Shown here in pieces: positions 1 to 8,902 of a stretch of 47,047 nt of DNA. The DNA is taken from IMG/VR virus record IMGVR_UViG_2872703611_000004, one strand, 5' to 3'. How positions within the stretch are numbered: position 1 is the stretch's first letter; the number at the start of each line of letters is the position of its first letter. The position numbers and the translations under genes are program-made. The notes beneath the pieces are model-generated. The model was not told the DNA's origin, searched no databases, and was given only the letters and a program-made list of their open reading frames with translations. The DNA comes from a virus. Taxonomy: Duplodnaviria; Heunggongvirae; Uroviricota; Caudoviricetes.

Positions 1-1284
1 TTACTTCTTCGCCTCTGCAACCACTTTACTACCCACGCCGCGGTTATTGTATTCCCACATGCGGTTGTAGTTAGTGTCATTCAGATTGCGCTGTATTTCG
101 TCGTTATCATCTACGCTGCCGGTATTACCCGCAAACGGACGATTAGAGATCACCGCATCGGCCCACGGTTTAGCCGTGTTAAAACCTTCGTTGATGGCGC
201 TATCACGGATCACCACCTGACCGTTGGTATTGGCATCAACATCCAGCGAGCGGCCCAGTTGCGCCACACCATCACCGAAAGCATTGAAACGGCTGTTTAC
301 GGCGAGGAAACCGTAGTAAATGTTGGACAGCGTAGCCGGTGCAAACACATACGCTTCTTGCTGAGTACGTGAGTTCACCACGCGGAATTCGGTGTTATCG
401 AACACCACTGCGCCGCGACCAGAAACGATATCCACATCCCCTTCAATGTAGCTGTTGGTCACCAGCGTACGCGGCTGACGGTTGGTTTCCAGACGGTTCT
501 GCACACCGCTGTTGGTGACAAAGAAGGTGTTCTGACGACCGAGAATGTTAACGTTGTTAATCTGTACCTGGTCACCATCAGTACGCAGTGCCACCGCCGG
601 ATGGTTACCTGCATCTACGCTATCGCCCAGCGTGTTTTCGATGGTCAGATTTTGCAGTTGCAGGCCATTGTTTTGTGACCAGAAGACCGCAGAGCAGAGA
701 ACACCGATACTGTCGCTGCGTTTGCTCTGGCAGCTATCGTACATATACCACGCTGGTTTACCTGGCATATATTTGCCGCGCGGGTTGACGTCGTGACGCC
801 AGTCGGCAGGGCTCATGCCACCATCAAGGGAAAGCCCAATCTTCACATCAATCGGTTTTTCACCTGTACCGTACAGAGTAATTCCACCCGGAGCGGCAGG
901 GACATATACCGTTCCCTGATACTCACCAGGCATCACGGCAATATACTGGCGCTTGTTGGTACGCTTGATAATTGCCGCATCTACCGCCGCCTGAATCGTG
1001 GTATGCGTTACACCTTGAGTGCCCGCCGGGCCGACAACAAAGTCAGGTTGCGCAGGCAGGGTAATCGGGGAAGGATTCCACGCTGCAGCACCTGGTGTCA
1101 GGGATGCAAAATAGTGTTGAGCATCGAAATTCTGCGCTTCTTTTGCCGACAGAATCGGGCGAGAAGAGGTACCAGGCGCGGTTTGATCAGAAGGACGTTG
1201 ATCGGGCGGGGTTGAGCTACAGGCGGTCAGCGTCACGCCAAAAGCCAATGCCAGCGCCAGACGGGAAACTGAAAATGTGTTCAC
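1..1284 (-). CDS. ybhC: Host outer-membrane lipoprotein YbhC (pectinesterase-like), complete; flanks lambda attB on the gal side
   Basis: 427-aa ORF with lipoprotein signal (MNTFSVSRLALALAFGVTLTAC, lipobox LTAC); stop at 1-3; sits directly before the att core. Confidence 0.85.
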   Translation of the reverse strand: MNTFSVSRLALALAFGVTLTACSSTPPDQRPSDQTAPGTSSRPILSAKEAQNFDAQHYFASLTPGAAAWNPSPITLPAQPDFVVGPAGTQGVTHTTIQAAVDAAIIKRTNKRQYIAVMPGEYQGTVYVPAAPGGITLYGTGEKPIDVKIGLSLDGGMSPADWRHDVNPRGKYMPGKPAWYMYDSCQSKRSDSIGVLCSAVFWSQNNGLQLQNLTIENTLGDSVDAGNHPAVALRTDGDQVQINNVNILGRQNTFFVTNSGVQNRLETNRQPRTLVTNSYIEGDVDIVSGRGAVVFDNTEFRVVNSRTQQEAYVFAPATLSNIYYGFLAVNSRFNAFGDGVAQLGRSLDVDANTNGQVVIRDSAINEGFNTAKPWADAVISNRPFAGNTGSVDDNDEIQRNLNDTNYNRMWEYNNRGVGSKVVAEAKK

Positions 1285-1330
1285 AGGTTGCTCCGGGCTA
1301 TGAAATAGAAAAATGAATCCGTTGAAGCCT

Positions 1331-1345
1331 GCTTTTTTATACTAA
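1331..1345. other. attL core (B-O-P' junction) of lambda-type site-specific integration; P' arm continues to about 1420
   Basis: Exact 15-bp core GCTTTTTTATACTAA followed by GTTGGCATTATAAAAAAGCATTGCTTATCAATTTGTTGCAACGAACAGGTCACTATCAGTCAAAATAAAATCATTATTTG, which I recognise as the lambda attP P' arm. Confidence 0.9.
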
Positions 1346-1418
1346 GTTGGCATTATAAAAAAGCATTGCTTATCAATTTGTTGCAACGAACAGGTCACTA
1401 TCAGTCAAAATAAAATCA

Positions 1419-2489
1419 TTATTTGATTTCAATTTTGTCCCACTCCCTGCCTCTGTCATCACGATACTGTGATGCCATGGTGTCCGACTTATGCCCGAGA
1501 AGATGTTGAGCAAACTTATCGCTTATCTGCTTCTCATAGAGTCTTGCAGACAAACTGCGCAACTCGTGAAAGGTAGGCGGATCCCCTTCGAAGGAAAGAC
1601 CTGATGCTTTTCGTGCGCGCATAAAATACCTTGATACTGTGCCGGATGAAAGCGGTTCGCGACGAGTAGATGCAATTATGGTTTCTCCGCCAAGAATCTC
1701 TTTGCATTTATCAAGTGTTTCCTTCATTGATATTCCGAGAGCATCAACATGCAATGCTGTTGGGATGGCAATTTTTACGCCTGTTTTGCTTTGCTCGACA
1801 TAAAGATATCCATCTACGATATCAGACCACTTCATTTCGCATAAATCACCAACTCGTTGCCCGGTAACAACAGCCAGTTCCATTGCAAGTCTGAGCCAAC
1901 ATGGTGATGATTCTGCTGCTTGATAAATTTTCAGGTATTCGTCAGCCGTAAGTCTTGATCTCCTTACCTCTGATTTTGCTGCGCGAGTGGCAGCGACAGG
2001 GTTTGTTGTTATATGGCCTTCAGCTATTGCCTCTCGGAATGCATCGCTCAGTGTTGATCTGATTAACTTGGCTGACGCCGCCTTGCCCTCGTCTATGTAT
2101 CCATTGAGCATTGCCGCAATTTCTTTTGTGGTGATGTCTTCAAGTGGAGCATCAGGCAGACCCCTCCTTATTGCTTTAATTTTGCTCATGTAATTTATGA
2201 GTGTCTTCTGCTTGATTCCTCTGCTGGCCAGGATTTTTTCGTAGCGATCAAGCCATGAATGTAACGTAACGGAATTATCACTGTTGATTCTCGCTGTCAG
2301 AGGCTTGTGTTTGTGTCCTGAAAATAACTCAATGTTGGCCTGTATAGCTTCAGTGATTGCGATTCGCCTGTCTCGGCCTAATCCAAACTCTTTACCCGTC
2401 CTTGGGTCCCTGTAGCAGTAATATCCATTGTTTCTTATATAAAGGTTAGGGGGTAAATCCCGGCGCTCATGACTTCGCCTTCTTCCCAT
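1419..2489 (-). CDS. int: Lambda integrase (tyrosine recombinase)
   Basis: 356 aa, MGRRRSHERRDLPPNLYIRNNGYYCYRDPRTGKEFGLGRDRRIAITEAIQANIELF...; length and position adjacent to att match lambda Int. Confidence 0.97.
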   Translation of the reverse strand: MGRRRSHERRDLPPNLYIRNNGYYCYRDPRTGKEFGLGRDRRIAITEAIQANIELFSGHKHKPLTARINSDNSVTLHSWLDRYEKILASRGIKQKTLINYMSKIKAIRRGLPDAPLEDITTKEIAAMLNGYIDEGKAASAKLIRSTLSDAFREAIAEGHITTNPVAATRAAKSEVRRSRLTADEYLKIYQAAESSPCWLRLAMELAVVTGQRVGDLCEMKWSDIVDGYLYVEQSKTGVKIAIPTALHVDALGISMKETLDKCKEILGGETIIASTRREPLSSGTVSRYFMRARKASGLSFEGDPPTFHELRSLSARLYEKQISDKFAQHLLGHKSDTMASQYRDDRGREWDKIEIK

Positions 2490-2685
2490 TTCTGATCCTC
2501 TTCAAAAGGCTACCTGTTACTGGTCGATTTAAGTCAACCTTTACCGCTGATTCGTGGAACAGATATTCTCTTCCATCCTTAACCGGAGGAGGGAATATCC
2601 TGCATTCGCGCACCCATCGACGAACTGTTTCAAGGCTTCTTGGGCGTCGCTGGCGAGCGTTCCACTCCTGAAGTGTCAAGTACAT
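2467..2685 (-). CDS. xis: Lambda excisionase
   Basis: 72 aa MYLTLQEWNARQRRPRSLETVRRWVRECRIFPPPVKDGREYLFHESAVKV...; overlaps int start by 23 nt as in lambda. Confidence 0.95.
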   Translation of the reverse strand: MYLTLQEWNARQRRPRSLETVRRWVRECRIFPPPVKDGREYLFHESAVKVDLNRPVTGSLLKRIRNGKKAKS

Positions 2686-2724
2686 CGCAAAGTCTCCGCA
2701 ATTACACGCAAGAAAAAACCGCCA

Positions 2725-2892
2725 TCAGGCGGCTTGGTGTTCTTTCAGTTCTTCAATTCGAATATTGGTTACGTCTGCATGTGCTATCTGCGCCCACAGC
2801 ATCCAGTGGTCATAGCAGTCGCTGATGTTCTCGGCTTCGATAACTCTGTTGAATGGTTCTCCATTCCATTCACCTGTGACTCGGAAGTGCAT
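2725..2892 (-). CDS. Hypothetical 55-aa protein in the slot lambda uses for ea8.5 (not ea8.5 by sequence)
   Basis: ATG preceded by GGAG with 7-nt spacer (tatGGAGatgataaATG); translation MHFRVTGEWNGEPFNRVIEAENISDCYDHWMLWAQIAHADVTNIRIEELKEHQAA; below the 60-aa cutoff of the ORF track; a hairpin plus U-run follows immediately. Confidence 0.35.
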   Translation of the reverse strand: MHFRVTGEWNGEPFNRVIEAENISDCYDHWMLWAQIAHADVTNIRIEELKEHQAA

Positions 2893-2928
2893 TTATCATC
2901 TCCATAAAACAAAACCCGCCGTAGCGAG

Positions 2929-2962
2929 TTCAGATAAAAGAAATCCTCGTCAGTGCGAGGAT
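2929..2962 (-). terminator. Candidate rho-independent terminator on the leftward strand, upstream of the small ORF and xis
   Basis: 7-bp stem ATCCTCG / CGAGGAT with 6-nt loop; on the minus strand it is followed by UUUUCUUUUAUCUG. Confidence 0.3.
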
Positions 2963-3134
2963 GCTGTTCATTGCTGCTATACACTTTTTTGCTCTCAACG
3001 TAAGCGGTAGCCCATTCTGTTGGGTTGGTGCAGTTGCTTTTAGGAAATGCTATTTACCCCTTAAATGTCGGCTGAAAGAGCTAAAATCCATGCAAAAAAT
3101 TTACGCAATTTTGTGTATTATTGTGCAGTAAGTA

Positions 3135-3737
3135 ATGAGCTATTTTCTGCGCAAAAAATGGATGGTAAATTTGTCCGGGTCAGGAAAAATTTTATGGGCG
3201 CTAAACATGAAAAAAGATTCGTATCCTTATTTGATTTGCATGACAGTTTCAGGGCTGATCTTTATTTTCCTTTTCTTCTGGTGGCGGGCAGATATCTACA
3301 GGGTCACGTTTCTTAATCAGAGTATATCCCACTATTACATTCTGTTTAGCATGGGAATAGCTTTTCTGTTATCTCTGTTTTGGGTTAAGAAGGGGATAGT
3401 AAAACAAAGCGGCTGGAAGAGTCTGTCAGCATACCTTAAGGTTTATGCAGGGATGTGCATATTTGCTGGATTTTTTCTGATTATACCCCTTACGACACTA
3501 ACTTATTTTTTGCCTGGAGAGACATCGTCTTATGTTGCACCGTATCGGTATACTTCCGGTAGTTCAAAAAGTTGTTCTGGAGCTGAGGTGGATGACCCCG
3601 ATCTACATGAGAATATTCGCATTTGCTATCCGTATGGCAATTATGAGTACGATAATATTATCTATGTTGAAAAGAAAATTAATATATTAGGTGCGGTAGT
3701 GACATATGCACAGACCGCGCGTGATGATACTGAATGA
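3135..3737 (+). CDS. AT-rich hypothetical integral membrane protein (three or more predicted TM helices plus a ~70-aa C-terminal soluble tail); moron of unknown function; start may be internal (3162 or 3207)
   Basis: 200-aa ORF in markedly AT-rich DNA, opposite in orientation to flanking early genes; hydrophobic segments LICMTVSGLIFIFLFFWW, ILFSMGIAFLLSLFWV, VYAGMCIFAGFFLIIPLTTLTYF; no strong SD at any candidate start. Confidence 0.5.
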   Translation: MSYFLRKKWMVNLSGSGKILWALNMKKDSYPYLICMTVSGLIFIFLFFWWRADIYRVTFLNQSISHYYILFSMGIAFLLSLFWVKKGIVKQSGWKSLSAYLKVYAGMCIFAGFFLIIPLTTLTYFLPGETSSYVAPYRYTSGSSKSCSGAEVDDPDLHENIRICYPYGNYEYDNIIYVEKKINILGAVVTYAQTARDDTE

Positions 3738-3771
3738 TATAGTATATAGCGGGCAAGTTTTAGTTAATTTA

Positions 3772-3806
3772 TCGAGGTAATATAATTTACCTCGACTCGT
3801 TTGTTC
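3772..3806. terminator. Candidate bidirectional terminator after the membrane-protein gene
   Basis: Perfect 9-bp inverted repeat TCGAGGTAA / TTACCTCGA with loop TATAAT, flanked by A/T-rich sequence on both sides. Confidence 0.3.
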
Positions 3807-3947
3807 TGGTATTAATATTTCGCTTTACGACCGATTTTTATCTGATGATATCATGCGGTTTTCATATACTGACTTACTGTCTTTTCTCCGTTAGCGATTT
3901 TCTCCTGCTCAGCGATGATTTTATCTTTGGCTTCTAGTTAATTTCGC

Positions 3948-4169
3948 TCACTTCGAACCTCTCTGTTTACTGATAAGCTCCAGATCTTGCTGGCAACTGG
4001 CACAAGTCCGACAACCCTGAACGGCCAGTCGTCTTCGTTCATCTATCGGATCGCCACACTCACAACAATGAGTGGCAGATATAGCCTGGTGGTTCAGGCG
4101 GCGCATTTTTATTGCTGTGTTGCGCTGTAATTCTTCAATTTCTGATGCTGAATCAATTATGTCTGCCAT
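3948..4169 (-). CDS. TraR/DksA-family C4 zinc-finger protein (RNA polymerase secondary-channel binder type)
   Basis: 73 aa with CxxC...17...CxxC (CCECGDPIDERRRLAVQGCRTCASC), the size and motif of phage TraR-like proteins. Confidence 0.7.
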   Translation of the reverse strand: MADIIDSASEIEELQRNTAIKMRRLNHQAISATHCCECGDPIDERRRLAVQGCRTCASCQQDLELISKQRGSK

Positions 4170-4267
4170 CTTTCATTAATCCCTGAATTGTTGGTTAATA
4201 CGCTTGAGGGTGAATGCGAATAATAAAAAAGGAGCCTGTAGCTCCCTGATGATTTTGCTTTTCATGT

Positions 4268-4549
4268 TCACCGTTCCTTAAAGACGCCGTTCAACATGCC
4301 GATCGCCAGGCTTAAATGAGTCGGTGTGAATCCCATCAGCGTTACCGTTTCGCGGTGCTTCTTTAGTACGCTACGGCAAATGTCATCGACGTTTTTATCC
4401 GGAAACTGCTGTCTGGCTTTTTTGATTTCAGAATTAGCCTGACGGGCAATGCTGCGAAGGGCGTTTTCTTGCTGAGGTGTCATTGAACAAGCCCCATGTC
4501 GGCAAGCATAAGCACACAGAATATGAAGCCCGCTGCCAGAAAAATGCAT
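4268..4549 (-). CDS. Hypothetical early-left-operon protein in the lambda orf61 position; different length and overlap pattern from lambda orf61; internal start at 4483 possible
   Basis: 93-aa ORF in the leftward operon, 10 nt downstream of the orf63 stop. Confidence 0.55.
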   Translation of the reverse strand: MHFSGSGLHILCAYACRHGACSMTPQQENALRSIARQANSEIKKARQQFPDKNVDDICRSVLKKHRETVTLMGFTPTHLSLAIGMLNGVFKER

Positions 4550-4559
4550 TCAGTGGTTG

Positions 4560-4751
4560 TCATACCTGGTCTCTCTCATCTGCTTCTGCTTTCGCCACCA
4601 TCATTTCCAGCTTTTGTGAAAGGGATGCGGCTAACGTATGAAATTCTTCGTCTGTTTCTACTGGTATTGGCACAAACCTGACTCCAATTTGAGCGAGGCT
4701 ATGTGCCATCTCGATACTCGTTCTTAACTCAACGGGAGATGCTTTGTGCAT
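4560..4751 (-). CDS. Lambda orf63
   Basis: 63 aa [63 protein letters not shown]; same length and 28-nt overlap with orf60a as in lambda. Confidence 0.85.
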   Translation of the reverse strand: MHKASPVELRTSIEMAHSLAQIGVRFVPIPVETDEEFHTLAASLSQKLEMMVAKAEADERDQV

Positions 4752-4906
4752 ACAGCTCCCCGTTTATTATTTATCTCCTCAGCCAGCCGCTGTGCTTTCA
4801 GGGGATTTCTGATAACAGAAAGGCCGGGAAATACCCAGCCTCGCTTTGTAACGGAGTAGACGAAAGTGATCGCACCTACCCGGATATTATCGTGAGGATG
4901 CTTCAT
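4724..4906 (-). CDS. Lambda orf60a
   Basis: [60 protein letters not shown]; start chosen at the second in-frame Met to give the 4-nt overlap with exo seen in lambda. Confidence 0.8.
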   Translation of the reverse strand: MKHPHDNIRVGAITFVYSVTKRGWVFPGLSVIRNPLKAQRLAEEINNKRGAVCTKHLPLS

Positions 4907-5583
4907 CGCCATTGCTCCCCAAATACAAAACCAATTTCAGCCAGTGCCTCGTCCATTTTTTCGATGAACTCCGGCACCATCTCGTCAAAACTCGCCATGT
5001 ACTTTTCATCCCGCTCAACCACGACATAATGCAGGCCTTCACGCTTCATACGCGGGTCATAGTTGGCAAAGTACCAGGCATCTTTTCGCGTCACCCACAT
5101 GCTGTACTGCACCTGGGCCATGTAAGCCGACTTTATGGCCTCGAAACCACCGAGCCGGAACTTCATGAAATCCCGGGAGGTAAACGGGCATTTCAGCTCA
5201 AGGCCATTGCCGTCACTGCATAAACCATCGGGAGAGCAGGCGGTACGCATACTTTCGTCGCGATAGATGATCGGGGATTCAGTAACATTCACGCCGGAAG
5301 TGAATTCAAACAGAGTTCTGGCGTCGTTCTCGTACTGTTTTCCCCATGCCAGCGCCTTAGCATTAACTTCCGGAGCCACACCGGTGCAAACCTCAGCCAG
5401 CAGGGTGTGGAAGTAGGACATTTTCATGTCAGGCCACTTTTTTCCGGAGCGGGGTTTTGCTATCACATTGTGAACTTCTGAAGCGGTGATGACGCCGAGC
5501 CGTAATTTGTGCCACGCATCATCCCCCTGTTCGACAGCTCTCACGTCGATTCCGGTACGCTGCAGGATAATGTCCGGTGTCAT
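4903..5583 (-). CDS. exo: Lambda exonuclease (Red-alpha)
   Basis: 226 aa [65 protein letters not shown]...; near-identical to lambda Exo from memory. Confidence 0.97.
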   Translation of the reverse strand: MTPDIILQRTGIDVRAVEQGDDAWHKLRLGVITASEVHNVIAKPRSGKKWPDMKMSYFHTLLAEVCTGVAPEVNAKALAWGKQYENDARTLFEFTSGVNVTESPIIYRDESMRTACSPDGLCSDGNGLELKCPFTSRDFMKFRLGGFEAIKSAYMAQVQYSMWVTRKDAWYFANYDPRMKREGLHYVVVERDEKYMASFDEMVPEFIEKMDEALAEIGFVFGEQWR

Positions 5584-6365
5584 GCAGCCACCTTCTGCTC
5601 AGTGGCTTTCTGTTTCAGGAATCCAAGAGCTTTCACTGCTTCGGCCTGTGTCAGTTCTGACGATGCGCGAATGTCGCGGCGAAATATCTGGGAACAGAGC
5701 GGCAATAAGTCGTCATCCCATGTTTTATCCAGGGCAATCAGCAGAGTGTTAATCTCCTGCATGGTTTCATCGTTAACCGGAGTGATGTCGCGTTCCGGCT
5801 GACGTTCTGCAGTGTATGCGGTATTTTCGACAATGCGCTCGGCTTCATCCTTGTCATAGATACCCGCAAATCCGAAGGCGAGACGGGCACACTGAATCAT
5901 GGCTTTATGCCGTAACATCCGTTTGGGATGCGACTGCCACGGTCCGGTGATTTCTCTGCCTTCGCGGGTTTTGAATGGTTCGCGGCGGCATTCATCCATC
6001 CACTCGGTAACGCAGATCGGATGATTGCGGTCCTTGCGGTAAATCCGGCATGTGCAGGATTCATTGTCCTGCTCAAAGTCCATGCCATCAAACTGCTGGT
6101 TTTCATTGATGATACGGGACCAGCCATCAACGCCCACCACCGGAACGATGCCGTTCTGCTTGTCAGGGAAGGCGTAAATTTCTTTCGTCCACGGATTAAG
6201 GCCGTACTGGTTGGCGACGATCAGCAATGCGATGAACTGCGCATCGCTGGCATCACCTTTAAATGCCGTCTGGCGAAGAGTGGTGATCAGTTCCTGTGGG
6301 TCGACAGAATCCATGCCGACGCGTTCAGCCAGCTTCCCAGCCAGCGTTGCGAGTGCTGTACTCAT
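5580..6365 (-). CDS. bet: Lambda Bet (Red-beta single-strand annealing protein)
   Basis: 261 aa [88 protein letters not shown]... Confidence 0.97.
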   Translation of the reverse strand: MSTALATLAGKLAERVGMDSVDPQELITTLRQTAFKGDASDAQFIALLIVANQYGLNPWTKEIYAFPDKQNGIVPVVGVDGWSRIINENQQFDGMDFEQDNESCTCRIYRKDRNHPICVTEWMDECRREPFKTREGREITGPWQSHPKRMLRHKAMIQCARLAFGFAGIYDKDEAERIVENTAYTAERQPERDITPVNDETMQEINTLLIALDKTWDDDLLPLCSQIFRRDIRASSELTQAEAVKALGFLKQKATEQKVAA

Positions 6366-6370
6366 CCGTT

Positions 6371-6787
6371 TTATACCTCTGAATCAATATCAACCTGGTG
6401 GTGAGCAATGGTTTCAACCATGTACCGGATGTGTTCTGCCATGCGCTCCTGAAACTCAACATCGTCATCAAACGCACGGGTAATGGCTTTTTTGCTGGCC
6501 CCGTGGCGTTGTAAATGATCGATGCAGAGTGATTCAAACAGGTGCTGGGGCAGACCTTTTTCCATGTCGTCTGCCAGTTCTGCCTCTTTCTCTTCACGGG
6601 CGATCTGCTGGTAGTGACGCGTCCAGCTCTGAGCCTCAAGACGATCCTGAATGTAATAAGCGTTCATGGCTGAACTCCTGAAATAGCTGTGAAAATATCG
6701 CCCGCGAAATGCCGGGCTGATTAGGAAAACAGGAAAGGGGGTTAGTGAATGCTTTTGCTTGATCTCAGTTTCAGTATTAATATCCAT
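6371..6787 (-). CDS. gam: Lambda Gam (RecBCD inhibitor)
   Basis: 138 aa [78 protein letters not shown]... Confidence 0.97.
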   Translation of the reverse strand: MDINTETEIKQKHSLTPFPVFLISPAFRGRYFHSYFRSSAMNAYYIQDRLEAQSWTRHYQQIAREEKEAELADDMEKGLPQHLFESLCIDHLQRHGASKKAITRAFDDDVEFQERMAEHIRYMVETIAHHQVDIDSEV

Positions 6788-6885
6788 TTTTTATAAGCGT
6801 CGACGGCCTCACGAAACATCTTTTCATCGCCAATAAAAGTGGCGATAGTGAATTTAGTCTGGATAGCCATAAGTGTTTGATCCAT
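6742..6885 (-). CDS. kil: Lambda Kil (FtsZ inhibitor, host-killing)
   Basis: 47 aa [47 protein letters not shown]; internal Met of the 89-aa track ORF; overlaps gam and cIII as in lambda. Confidence 0.85.
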   Translation of the reverse strand: MDQTLMAIQTKFTIATFIGDEKMFREAVDAYKKWILILKLRSSKSIH

Positions 6886-7018
6886 TTTTTGGGACTCCTG
6901 GCTGATTAAGTATGTCGATAAGGCGTTTCCATCCGTCACGTAATTTACGGGTGATTCGTTCAAGTAAAGATTCGGAAGGGCAGCCAGCAACAGGCCACCC
7001 TGCAATGGCATATTGCAT
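6854..7018 (-). CDS. cIII: Lambda CIII (FtsH inhibitor, stabilises CII)
   Basis: 54 aa read from the reverse complement: [54 protein letters not shown]; missed by the track because it is under 60 aa. Confidence 0.9.
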   Translation of the reverse strand: MQYAIAGWPVAGCPSESLLERITRKLRDGWKRLIDILNQPGVPKNGSNTYGYPD

Positions 7019-7090
7019 GGTGTGCTCCTTATTTATACATAACGAAAAACGCCTCGAGTGAAGCGTTATTGGTATGCGGTAACGCCGCGC

Positions 7091-7459
7091 TCAGGCGGCT
7101 TTGATAGTCATATCATCTGAATCAAATATTCCTGATGTATCGATATCGGTAATTCTTATTCCTTCGCTACCATCCATTGGAGGCCATCCTTCCTGACCAT
7201 TTCCATCATTCCAGTCGAACTCACACACAACACCATATGCATTTAAGTCGCTTGAAATTGCTATAAGCAGAGCATGTTGCGCCAGCATGATTAATACAGC
7301 ATTTAATACAGAGCCGTGTTTATTGAGTCGGTATTCAGAGTCTGACCAGAAATTATTAATCTGGTGAAGTTTTTCCTCTGTCATTACGTCATGGTCGATT
7401 TCAATTTCTATTGATGCTTTCCAGTCGTAATCAATGATATATTTTTTGATGTTTGACAT
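7091..7459 (-). CDS. ea10: Lambda Ea10
   Basis: 122 aa MSNIKKYIIDYDWKASIEIEIDHDVMTEEKLHQINNFWSDSEYRLNKHGSVLNAVLIMLAQHALL...; 72-nt gap from cIII as in lambda. Confidence 0.9.
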   Translation of the reverse strand: MSNIKKYIIDYDWKASIEIEIDHDVMTEEKLHQINNFWSDSEYRLNKHGSVLNAVLIMLAQHALLIAISSDLNAYGVVCEFDWNDGNGQEGWPPMDGSEGIRITDIDTSGIFDSDDMTIKAA

Positions 7460-7473
7460 CTATTCATATCCTC

Positions 7474-7505
7474 ACAGATAAAAAATCGCCCTCACATTGG
7501 AGGGC
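7474..7505 (-). terminator. Candidate rho-independent terminator in the pL transcript just upstream of ea10 (tL2-like position)
   Basis: Stem GCCCTC / GAGGGC with 6-nt loop; on the minus strand followed by GAUUUUUUAUCUG. Confidence 0.4.
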
Positions 7506-7719
7506 AAAGAAGATTTCCAATAATCAGAACAAGTCGGCTCCTGTTTAGTTACGAGCGACATTGCTCAGTGTATTCACTCGTTGGAATGAATACACAGTGC
7601 AGTGTTTATTAGTATGCCTGTCTTTTAACCACATCAGGCTCGGTGGTTCTCGTGTACCCCTACAGCGAGAAATCGGATAAACTCTATTCACCCCTACAGA
7701 GAGCAAAAGAGAAACGCCG

Positions 7720-8301
7720 ATGAACAACTCATGGTGGCAGGAACTAATGCATTTTTTCCTGCAAGGAATGACACTTAAACAGTTGATTCATATGCTAATC
7801 ATCCTGATCATATTGATTATTGTTATGCCTGTAAGCGTAAAAGAATGGATAAACCTGCATAATCCAGAAATCCTTCCTCATTACTGGATGTATTACATCC
7901 TGTTGTTTTGCGTTAGCTATGTGCTTAACGGCGTTGTTAATTCCGCTTATCACGCTGTGACTGAAAGAATTGAGATATTCGCTGCTCAGAAGCGCAAATC
8001 TAAAGAAGAGAAATACGTGCAAGATTTGTTTGATTCGTTAACTCTTGGAGAAAGAGCGTATTTGGCATTCGCTGTAGCCGCTAATAACCAGCTAAAGACA
8101 GAAAAGGGAAGCCCTGAAGCAATCTCATTGCTCGAAAAAGGGCTTCTTATTCGGGTACCTTCTGCTACTGGATATCCTGAAATCGACCGTTTTGTTATCC
8201 CGGAACGCTATAGAAATGAGTGCTACATTAGGTTTGCTGGGAAGAAAGACAGTCTTATGGATGAACTTATCGCTCAGGATAAGCATGGCAAAAACAAGTA
8301 A
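7720..8301 (+). CDS. sieB: Superinfection exclusion protein SieB (membrane, abortive-infection type)
   Basis: 193 aa MNNSWWQELMHFFLQGMTLKQLIHMLIILIILIIVMPVSVKEWINLHNPEILPHYWMYYILLFCVSYVL...; hydrophobic N-terminal half; rightward gene between the early operon and N as in lambda/P22. Confidence 0.85.
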   Translation: MNNSWWQELMHFFLQGMTLKQLIHMLIILIILIIVMPVSVKEWINLHNPEILPHYWMYYILLFCVSYVLNGVVNSAYHAVTERIEIFAAQKRKSKEEKYVQDLFDSLTLGERAYLAFAVAANNQLKTEKGSPEAISLLEKGLLIRVPSATGYPEIDRFVIPERYRNECYIRFAGKKDSLMDELIAQDKHGKNK

Positions 8302-8317
8302 TTAGCAAATTAATTTA

Positions 8318-8590
8318 TCATCTCGCCGTCAGTTGTTTTGATTTCCGGTAGCCTGCCGCGTAAATGGCTACGTTTGGCAGGCAAATACTTCCACTGCATT
8401 CATCTGCCTTCTTGCAGCGAAGGCTTCCGAGTGATGCTGCTTTGTCTGCTCTGACGCAACCAGAGAGCTTTAGCGCAATTTTTCGCGCCAGTCGCTGTTC
8501 TTGCATTGCCTGCTCACGTTGAGCCTGTCTGCGTGCTCTGCGGCGATTTCTGGCGTTATTGTCAGCCAGATATGTAATGACTACTGCCAT
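8318..8590 (-). CDS. N-like transcription antiterminator (P22 gene 24 type, not lambda N)
   Basis: 90 aa with an N-terminal arginine-rich motif NARNRRRARRQAQREQ and C-terminus ...AIYAAGYRKSKQLTAR resembling P22 gp24; first gene downstream of pL/nutL. Confidence 0.8.
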   Translation of the reverse strand: MAVVITYLADNNARNRRRARRQAQREQAMQEQRLARKIALKLSGCVRADKAASLGSLRCKKADECSGSICLPNVAIYAAGYRKSKQLTAR

Positions 8591-8697
8591 GTTGACCTCC
8601 GATGATTAACTTTGGCGGTGACGCGCCGGGTGCTTATCTTCCGGTTGCCGTCGTGCAGCTGCACTTCACGTCACCCCAAAGCCAACTACTCTTTGGT

Positions 8698-8740
8698 TCC
8701 CGCATTTCGGCGGGACAATCCCATCAATGTTAAAGAGCCT
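8698..8740 (-). promoter_or_regulatory. nutL: boxB hairpin (8698-8715) and boxA (8729-8740)
   Basis: Leftward RNA reads GCTCTTTAACA (boxA-like; compare rrn boxA TGCTCTTTAACA) then UCCCGC-CGAAAU-GCGGGA stem-loop; the identical boxB occurs at nutR. Confidence 0.65.
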
Positions 8741-8769
8741 GCCAATCTGTTCCGTTTGGCTACCAGCGT

Positions 8770-8860
8770 CCTGCCGATGACTTAAATTTAAGATTTCTTT
8801 AACTATTGGTCAAGAGTGTTTTTGAAGAAAACTTAAATTTTGTTGCGAAGCTTAAGTTTT
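8770..8860 (-). promoter_or_regulatory. OL operators and pL promoter of the P22-type immunity region
   Basis: Several ANTTAAG-containing operator-like sites (CTTAAATTTAAGATTTCTTTAACT, AACTTAAATTTTG..CTTAAG); leftward -35 TTGACC / -10 TAAATT spaced 17 nt. Confidence 0.55.
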
Positions 8861-8902
8861 GCTTTGATTTTTAAAGGAAAGAAAAAAAGGGGCGAATGCC
8901 CC

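Noticed and set aside
545-1316. Plus-strand ORFs of 66-140 aa antisense to ybhC
   Set aside because: Inside the host lipoprotein gene on the other strand; Arg-rich, no RBS.
6742-7011. 89-aa track ORF spanning the kil region
   Set aside because: Real genes here are the 47-aa kil (internal Met of this frame) and the 54-aa cIII in a different frame; the N-terminal 42 codons are an upstream extension.
7545-7727. 60-aa minus-strand ORF overlapping the sieB start
   Set aside because: Spans an intergenic region rich in hairpins and overlaps the sieB promoter and start; no RBS.
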